A stretch of DNA of 64,000 bases from positions 4,154,001-4,218,000 of the forward strand of contig OZ059897.1 in assembly GCA_964057225.1 (NCBI GenBank). Reading direction: 5' to 3'. Position numbers and translations under genes: made by a program. Within the stretch, counting starts at the first letter, position 1; each line of letters opens with the position of its first letter. The notes under the pieces are model-generated. The model searched no databases, was not told the origin of the DNA, and was given only the letters and a program-made list of their open reading frames with translations. The DNA comes from Auanema rhodensis. Taxonomy: Eukaryota > Animalia > Nematoda. Positions 55,230 through 64,000 of this stretch are shown in pieces.

Positions 55230-58200
55230 CTGAAGAAATGATTTTTTCGTTGAAAAACATTGTCCATCGTATTCGTCTTGAAAAAAGAAATCTAAAAACA
55301 TCTACTTTTTGTGAAATTATTTAGAAATTTTTCGGGAAAATTTTTGTCACAATGTTTTTGGAAGCAATGTTGAGTGTACATGGGAACTCAGCATACACTA
55401 ATGCATTATTTTTCAAACGATCATAACTAATTTTTGTATAGAGCGTTTCTCAATGTAGTATAGTGCATTCGATGCGGATTTTTAAGCTGCGTCGATCTGT
55501 GTTATCAGATTTGAGTTAGCTTAAAAATGCACCGAGATATCAACTGATATATGTTCACACTTATATCCTCGATTTTCACCCTGAAGAAATGATTTTTTCG
55601 TTGAAAAACATTGTCCATCGTATTCGTCTTGAAAAAAAGAATCTAAAAACATCTACTTTTTGTGAAATTATTCAGAAATTTTTCGGGAAAATTTTTGTCA
55701 AAATGTTTTTGGAAGCAATGTTGAGTGTACATGGGAACTCAACATACACTAATGCATTATTTTTCAAACGATCATAACTAATTTTTGTATGGAGCGTTTC
55801 TCAATGTAGTATAGTGCATTCGATGCGGATTTTTAAGCTGCGTTGATCTGTGTTATCAGATTTGCGCTAGCTTAAAAATGCACCGAGTAATCAACTGATA
55901 TAGGTTCACACTTATATCCTCGATTTTCACCCTGAAGAATTAATTTTTTCGTTGAATAACATTGTCCATCGTCTTTGCCTTGAAAAAAGAAATCTAAAAA
56001 CTCCTACTTTTCGTGAAATTATTTAGAAATTTTTCGGGAAAATTTTTGTCACAATGTTTTTGGAAGCAACGTTGAGTGTACATGGGAACTCAGCATACAC
56101 TAATGCATTATTTTTCAAACGATCATAACTAATTTTTGTATGGAGCGTTTCTCAATGTAGTATAGTGCATTCGATGCGGATTTTTAAGCTGCGTTGATCT
56201 GTGTTATCAGATTTGCGCTAGCTTAAAAATGCACCGAGTAATCAACTGATATAGGTTCACACTTATATCCTCGATTTTCACCCTGAAGAATTAATTTTTT
56301 CGTTGAATAACGTTGTCCATCGTCTTTGCCTTGAAAAAAAAAATCTAAAAACTCCTACTTTTTGTGAAATTATTTAGAAATTTTTCGGGAAAATTTTTGT
56401 CACAATGTTTTTGGAAGCAATGTTGAGTGTACATGGGAACTCAGCATACACTAATGCATTATTTTTCAAACGATCATAACTAATTTTTGTATGGAGCGTT
56501 TCTCAATGTAGTATAGTGCATTCGATGCGGATTTTTAAGCTGCGTTGATCTGTGTTATCAGATTTGCGCTAGCTTAAAAATGCACCGAGTAATCAACTGA
56601 TATAGGTTCACACTTATATCCTCGATTTTCACCCTGAAGAATTAATTTTTTCGTTGAATAACATTGTCCATCGTCTTTGCCTTGAAAAAAAAAATCTAAA
56701 AACTCCTACTTTTTGTGAAATTATTTAGAAATTTTTCGGGAAAATTTTTGTCACAATGTTTTTGGAAGCAATGTTGAGTGTACATGGGAACTCAGCATAC
56801 ACTAATGCATTATTTTTCAAACGATCATAACTAATTTTTGTATGGAGCGTTTTTCAATGTAGTATAGTGCATTCGATGCGGATTTTTAAGCTGCGTTGAT
56901 CTGTGTTATCAGATTTGCGCTAGCTTAAAAATGCACCGAGTAATCAACTGATATAGGTTCACACTTATATCCTCGATTTTCACCCTGAAGAATTAATTTT
57001 TTCGTTGAATAACATTGTCCATCGTATTCGTCTTGAAAAAAGAAATCTAAAAACATCTACTTTTTGTGAAATTATTTAGAAATTTTTCGGGAAAATTTTT
57101 GTCACAATGTTTTTGGAAGCAATGTTGAGTGTACATGGGAACTCAGCATACACTAATGCATTATTTTTCAAACGATCATAACTAATTTTTGTATAGAGCG
57201 TTTCTCAATGTAGTATAGTGCATTCGATGCGGATTTTTAAGCTGCGTCGATCTGTGTTATCAGATTTGAGTTAGCTTAAAAATGCACCGAGATATCAACT
57301 GATATATGTTCACACTTATATCCTCGATTTTCACCCTGAAGAAATGATTTTTTCGTTGAAAAACATTGTCCATCGTATTCGTCTTGAAAAAAAGAATCTA
57401 AAAACATCTACTTTTTGTGAAATTATTCAGAAATTTTTCGGGAAAATTTTTGTCAAAATGTTTTTGGAAGCAATGTTGAGTGTACATGGGAACTCAACAT
57501 ACACTAATGCATTATTTTTCAAACGATCATAACTAATTTTTGTATGGAGCGTTTCTCAATGTAGTATAGTGCATTCGATGCGGATTTTTAAGCTGCGTTG
57601 ATCTGTGTTATCAGATTTGCGCTAGCTTAAAAATGCACCGAGTAATCAACTGATATAGGTTCACACTTATATCCTCGATTTTCACCCTGAAGAATTAATT
57701 TTTTCGTTGAATAACATTGTCCATCGTCTTTGCCTTGAAAAAAGAAATCTAAAAACTCCTACTTTTCGTGAAATTATTTAGAAATTTTTCGGGAAAATTT
57801 TTGTCACAATGTTTTTGGAAGCAACGTTGAGTGTACATGGGAACTCAGCATACACTAATGCATTATTTTTCAAACGATCATAACTAATTTTTGTATGGAG
57901 CGTTTCTCAATGTAGTATAGTGCATTCGATGCGGATTTTTAAGCTGCGTTGATCTGTGTTATCAGATTTGCGCTAGCTTAAAAATGCACCGAGTAATCAA
58001 CTGATATAGGTTCACACTTATATCCTCGATTTTCACCCTGAAGAATTAATTTTTTCGTTGAATAACGTTGTCCATCGTCTTTGCCTTGAAAAAAAAAATC
58101 TAAAAACTCCTACTTTTTGTGAAATTATTTAGAAATTTTTCGGGAAAATTTTTGTCACAATGTTTTTGGAAGCAATGTTGAGTGTACATGGGAACTCAGC

Positions 58201-61200
58201 ATACACTAATGCATTATTTTTCAAACGATCATAACTAATTTTTGTATGGAGCGTTTCTCAATGTAGTATAGTGCATTCGATGCGGATTTTTAAGCTGCGT
58301 TGATCTGTGTTATCAGATTTGCGCTAGCTTAAAAATGCACCGAGTAATCAACTGATATAGGTTCACACTTATATCCTCGATTTTCACCCTGAAGAATTAA
58401 TTTTTTCGTTGAATAACATTGTCCATCGTCTTTGCCTTGAAAAAAAAAATCTAAAAACTCCTACTTTTTGTGAAATTATTTAGAAATTTTTCGGGAAAAT
58501 TTTTGTCACAATGTTTTTGGAAGCAATGTTGAGTGTACATGGGAACTCAGCATACACTAATGCATTATTTTTCAAACGATCATAACTAATTTTTGTATGG
58601 AGCGTTTTTCAATGTAGTATAGTGCATTCGATGCGGATTTTTAAGCTGCGTTGATCTGTGTTATCAGATTTGCGCTAGCTTAAAAATGCACCGAGTAATC
58701 AACTGATATAGGTTCACACTTATATCCTCGATTTTCACCCTGAAGAATTAATTTTTTCGTTGAATAACATTGTCCATCGTCTTTGCCTTGAAAAAAAAAA
58801 TCTAAAAACTCCTACTTTTTGTGAAATTATTTAGAAATTTTTCGGGAAAATTTTTGTCACAATGTTTTTGGAAGCAATGTTGAGTGTACATGGGAACTCA
58901 GCATACACTAATGCATTATTTTTCAAACGATCATAACTAATTTTTGTATGGAGCGTTTTTCAATGTAGTATAGTGCATTCGATGCGGATTTTTAAGCTGC
59001 GTTGATCTGTGTTATCAGATTTGCGCTAGCTTAAAAATGCACCGAGTAATCAACTGATATAGGTTCACACTTATATCCTCGATTTTCACCCTGAAGAATT
59101 AATTTTTTCGTTGAATAACATTGTCCATCGTCTTTGCCTTGAAAAAAAAAATCTAAAAACTCCTACTTTTTGTGAAATTATTTAGAAATTTTTCGGGAAA
59201 ATTTTTGTCAAAATGTTTTTGGAAGCAATGTTGAGTGTACATGGGAACTCAACATACACTAATGCATTATTTTTCAAACGATCATAACTAATTTTTGTAT
59301 GGAGCGTTTCTCAATGTAGTATAGTGCATTCGATGCGGATTTTTAAGCTGCGTCGATCTGTGTTATCAGATTTGAGTTAGCTTAAAAATGCACCGAGATA
59401 TCAACTGATATATGTTCACACTTATATCCTCGATTTTCACCCTGAAGAAATGATTTTTTCGTTGAAAAACATTGTCCATCGTATTCGTCTTGAAAAAAAG
59501 AATCTAAAAACATCTACTTTTTGTGAAATTATTCAGAAAATTTTCGGGAAAATTTTTGTCAAAATGTTTTTGGAAGCAATGTTGAGTGTACATGGGAACT
59601 CAACATACACTAATGCATTATTTTTCAAACGATCATAACTAATTTTTGTATGGAGCGTTTCTCAATGTAGTATAGTGCATTCGATGCGGATTTTTAAGCT
59701 GCGTTGATCTGTGTTATCAGATTTGCGCTAGCTTAAAAATGCACCGAGTAATCAACTGATATAGGTTCACACTTATATCCTCGATTTTCACCCTGAAGAA
59801 TTAATTTTTTCGTTGAATAACGTTGTCCATCGTCTTTGCCTTGAAAAAAAAAATCTAAAAACTCCTACTTTTTGTGAAATTATTTAGAAATTTTTCGGGA
59901 AAATTTTTGTCACAATGTTTTTGGAAGCAATGTTGAGTGTACATGGGAACTCAGCATACACTAATGCATTATTTTTCAAACGATCTTAACTAATTTTTGT
60001 ATGGAGCGTTTCTCAATGTAGTATAGTGCATTCGATGCGGATTTTTAAGCTGCGTTGATCTGTGTTATCAGATTTGCGCTAGCTTAAAAATGCACCGAGT
60101 AATCAACTGATATAGGTTCACACTTATATCCTCGATTTTCACCCTGAAGAATTAATTTTTTCGTTGAATAACATTGTCCATCGTCTTTGCCTTGAAAAAA
60201 GAAATCTAAAAACTCCTACTTTTTGTGAAATTATTTAGAAATTTTTCGGGAAAATTTTTGTCACAATGTTTTTGGAAGCAATGTTGAGTGTACATGGGAA
60301 CTCAGCATACACTAATGCATTATTTTTCAAACGATCATAACTAATTTTTGTATGGAGCGTTTTTCAATGTAGTATAGTGCATTCGATGCGGATTTTTAAG
60401 CTGCGTTGATCTGTGTTATCAGATTTGCGCTAGCTTAAAAATGCACCGAGTAATCAACTGATATAGGTTCACACTTATATCCTCGATTTTCACCCTGAAG
60501 AATTAATTTTTTCGTTGAATAACATTGTCCATCGTCTTTGCCTTGAAAAAAAAAATCTAAAAACTCCTACTTTTTGTGAAATTATTTAGAAATTTTTCGG
60601 GAAAATTTTTGTCACAATGTTTTTGGAAGCAATGTTGAGTGTACATGGGAACTCAGCATACACTAATGCATTATTTTTCAAACGATCATAACTAATTTTT
60701 GTATGGAGCGTTTTTCAATGTAGTATAGTGCATTCGATGCGGATTTTTAAGCTGCGTTGATCTGTGTTATCAGATTTGCGCTAGCTTAAAAATGCACCGA
60801 GTAATCAACTGATATAGGTTCACACTTATATCCTCGATTTTCACCCTGAAGAATTAATTTTTTCGTTGAATAACATTGTCCATCGTCTTTGCCTTGAAAA
60901 AAAAAATCTAAAAACTCCTACTTTTTGTGAAATTATTTAGAAATTTTTCGGGAAAATTTTTGTCAAAATGTTTTTGGAAGCAATGTTGAGTGTACATGGG
61001 AACTCAACATACACTAATGCATTATTTTTCAAACGATCATAACTAATTTTTGTATGGAGCGTTTCTCAATGTAGTATAGTGCATTCGATGCGGATTTTTA
61101 AGCTGCGTCGATCTGTGTTATCAGATTTGAGTTAGCTTAAAAATGCACCGAGATATCAACTGATATATGTTCACACTTATATCCTCGATTTTCACCCTGA

Positions 61201-63000
61201 AGAAATGATTTTTTCGTTGAAAAACATTGTCCATCGTATTCGTCTTGAAAAAAAGAATCTAAAAACATCTACTTTTTGTGAAATTATTCAGAAAATTTTC
61301 GGGAAAATTTTTGTCAAAATGTTTTTGGAAGCAATGTTGAGTGTACATGGGAACTCAACATACACTAATGCATTATTTTTCAAACGATCATAACTAATTT
61401 TTGTATGGAGCGTTTCTCAATGTAGTATAGTGCATTCGATGCGGATTTTTAAGCTGCGTTGATCTGTGTTATCAGATTTGCGCTAGCTTAAAAATGCACC
61501 GAGTAATCAACTGATATAGGTTCACACTTATATCCTCGATTTTCACCCTGAAGAATTAATTTTTTCGTTGAATAACATTGTCCATCATCTTTGCCTTGAA
61601 AAAAGAAATCTAAAAACTCCTACTTTTTGTGAAATTATTTAGAAATTTTTCGGGAAAATTTTTGTCACAATGTTTTTGGAAGCAATGTTGAGTGTACATG
61701 GGAACTCAGCATACACTAATGCATTATTTTTCAAACGATCATAACTAATTTTTGTATGGAGCGTTTCTCAATGTAGTATAGTGCATTCGATGCGGATTTT
61801 TAAGCTGCGTTGATCTGTGTTATCAGATTTGCGCTAGCTTAAAAATGCACCGAGTAATCAACTGATATAGGTTCACACTTATATCCTCGATTTTCACCCT
61901 GAAGAATTAATTTTTTCGTTGAATAACATTGTCCATCGTCTTTGCCTTGAAAAAAAAAATCTAAAAACTCCTACTTTTTGTGAAATTATTTAGAAATTTT
62001 TCGGGAAAATTTTTGTCACAATGTTTTTGGAAGCAATGTTGAGTGTACATGGGAACTCAGCATACACTAATGCATTATTTTTCAAACGATCATAACTAAT
62101 TTTTGTATGGAGCGTTTTTCAATGTAGTATAGTGCATTCGATGCGGATTTTTAAGCTGCGTTGATCTGTGTTATCAGATTTGCGCTAGCTTAAAAATGCA
62201 CCGAGTAATCAACTGATATAGGTTCACACTTATATCCTCGATTTTCACCCTGAAGAATTAATTTTTTCGTTGAATAACATTGTCCATCGTCTTTGCCTTG
62301 AAAAAAAAATCTAAAAACTCCTACTTTTTGTGAAATTATTTAGAAATTTTTCGGGAAAATTTTTGTCACAATGTTTTTGGAAGCAATGTTGAGTGTACAT
62401 GGGAACTCAGCATACACTAATGCATTATTTTTCAAACGATCATAACTAATTTTTGTATGGAGCGTTTTTCAATGTAGTATAGTGCATTCGATGCGGATTT
62501 TTAAGCTGCGTTGATCTGTGTTATCAGATTTGCGCTAGCTTAAAAATGCACCGAGTAATCAACTGATATAGGTTCACACTTATATCCTCGATTTTCACCC
62601 TGAAGAATTAATTTTTTCGTTGAATAACATTGTCCATCGTCTTTGCCTTGAAAAAAAAATCTAAAAACTCCTACTTTTTGTGAAATTATTTAGAAATTTT
62701 TCGGGAAAATTTTTGTCACAATGTTTTTGGAAGCAATGTTGAGTGTACATGGGAACTCAGCATACACTAATGCATTATTTTTCAAACGATCATAACTAAT
62801 TTTTGTATAGAGCGTTTCTCAATGTAGTATAGTGCATTCGATGCGGATTTTTAAGCTGCGTCGATCTGTGTTATCAGATTTGAGTTAGCTTAAAAATGCA
62901 CCGAGATATCAACTGATATATGTTCACACTTATATCCTCGATTTTCACCCTGAAGAAATGATTTTTTCGTTGAAAAACATTGTCCATCGTATTCGTCTTG
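55230..63000. repeat. Domain with predominantly 5-mer (1,755-bp) period
   Basis: ORF-marker monomers at 55589, 57344 (+5), 59450 (+6), 61205 (+5), 62958 (+5, minus 2 bp); aataacgtt at ~56306, 58061, 59816. Confidence 0.8.
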
Positions 63001-64000
63001 AAAAAAAGAATCTAAAAACATCTACTTTTTGTGAAATTATTCAGAAAATTTTCGGGAAAATTTTTGTCAAAATGTTTTTGGAAGCAATGTTGAGTGTACA
63101 TGGGAACTCAACATACACTAATGCATTATTTTTCAAACGATCATAACTAATTTTTGTATGGAGCGTTTCTCAATGTAGTATAGTGCATTCGATGCGGATT
63201 TTTAAGCTGCGTTGATCTGTGTTATCAGATTTGCGCTAGCTTAAAAATGCACCGAGTAATCAACTGATATAGGTTCACACTTATATCCTCGATTTTCACC
63301 CTGAAGAATTAATTTTTTCGTTGAATAACATTGTCCATCATCTTTGCCTTGAAAAAAGAAATCTAAAAACTCCTACTTTTTGTGAAATTATTTAGAAATT
63401 TTTCGGGAAAATTTTTGTCACAATGTTTTTGGAAGCAATGTTGAGTGTACATGGGAACTCAACATACACTAATGCATTATTTTTCAAACGATCATAACTA
63501 ATTTTTGTATAGAGCGTTTCTCAATGTAGTATAGTGCATTCGATGCGGATTTTTAAGCTGCGTCGATCTGTGTTATCAGATTTGAGTTAGCTTAAAAATG
63601 CACCGAGATATCAACTGATATATGTTCACACTTATATCCTCGATTTTCACCCTGAAGAAATGATTTTTTCGTTGAAAAACATTGTCCATCGTATTCGTCT
63701 TGAAAAAAAGAATCTAAAAACATCTACTTTTTGTGAAATTATTCAGAAAATTTTCGGGAAAATTTTTGTCAAAATGTTTTTGGAAGCAATGTTGAGTGTA
63801 CATGGGAACTCAACATACACTAATGCATTATTTTTCAAACGATCATAACTAATTTTTGTATGGAGCGTTTCTCAATGTAGTATAGTGCATTCGATGCGGA
63901 TTTTTAAGCTGCGTTGATCTGTGTTATCAGATTTGCGCTAGCTTAAAAATGCACCGAGTAATCAACTGATATAGGTTCACACTTATATCCTCGATTTTCA

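Larger units (their letters stand above)
1..64000. repeat. Tandem satellite DNA array, 351-bp AT-rich monomer, single orientation, open at both window ends
   Basis: The anchor CCCTGAAGAA recurs every 351 bp (GAAGAA at 1881, 2232, 2583, 2934...). ORF-track spacings are multiples of 351 (702, 1053, 1404, 1755, 2106, 2457), apart from three 1-bp deletions. No non-satellite sequence seen. Confidence 0.99.

Noticed and set aside
766-63848. Recurrent 62-aa ORF (MIFSLKNIVHRIRLEK...)
   Set aside because: It appears only when the aaATGat allele coincides with the TAG>CAG allele (attcag) in a satellite monomer. Most monomers lack the ATG or have the stop. It is F/K/I/N-rich as expected from A/T tracts, with no recognisable domain. 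Useful only as a haplotype marker.
1-64000. Giant repeat-protein gene (351 bp = 117 codons)
   Set aside because: The ORF track shows nothing longer than 71 aa, so no ATG-initiated frame reads through a monomer.
1-64000. CRISPR array or integron/antigenic-variation cassette array
   Set aside because: There are no unique spacers or cassettes; the whole unit is repeated, and no associated genes are present.
1-64000. Assignment to known ~360-bp satellites (Drosophila 1.688/359-bp, Tribolium TCAST1, Pimelia PIM357)
   Set aside because: Only length and AT content are similar; I cannot support sequence homology without a search.

Overview
The whole 64 kb window is one uninterrupted, head-to-tail, single-orientation tandem satellite array with a 351-bp monomer (about 32% GC by hand count of the first monomer; about 180 full monomers plus 4 truncated ones). 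I see no genes, RNA genes, transposon insertions, CRISPR arrays or unique sequence. All ORFs in the track are chance ORFs created by monomer variants. The array looks like eukaryotic (peri)centromeric or heterochromatic satellite DNA; I do not recognise the family or species. The structure of interest is internal. (i) The monomer is dense in dyad symmetries, including a ~67-nt imperfect hairpin. (ii) A 1,121-bp higher-order repeat at the left end contains two differently deleted monomers (206 and 213 bp) whose deletions end at the same point inside that hairpin; one junction carries an apparent templated insertion. (iii) Monomer subfamilies form successive domains with 2-, 3-, 4-, 5-, 6- and 7-mer higher-order periods, larger block duplications and short conversion-like patches. 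I did not find evidence for a new protein-coding system. All comparisons were made by eye.
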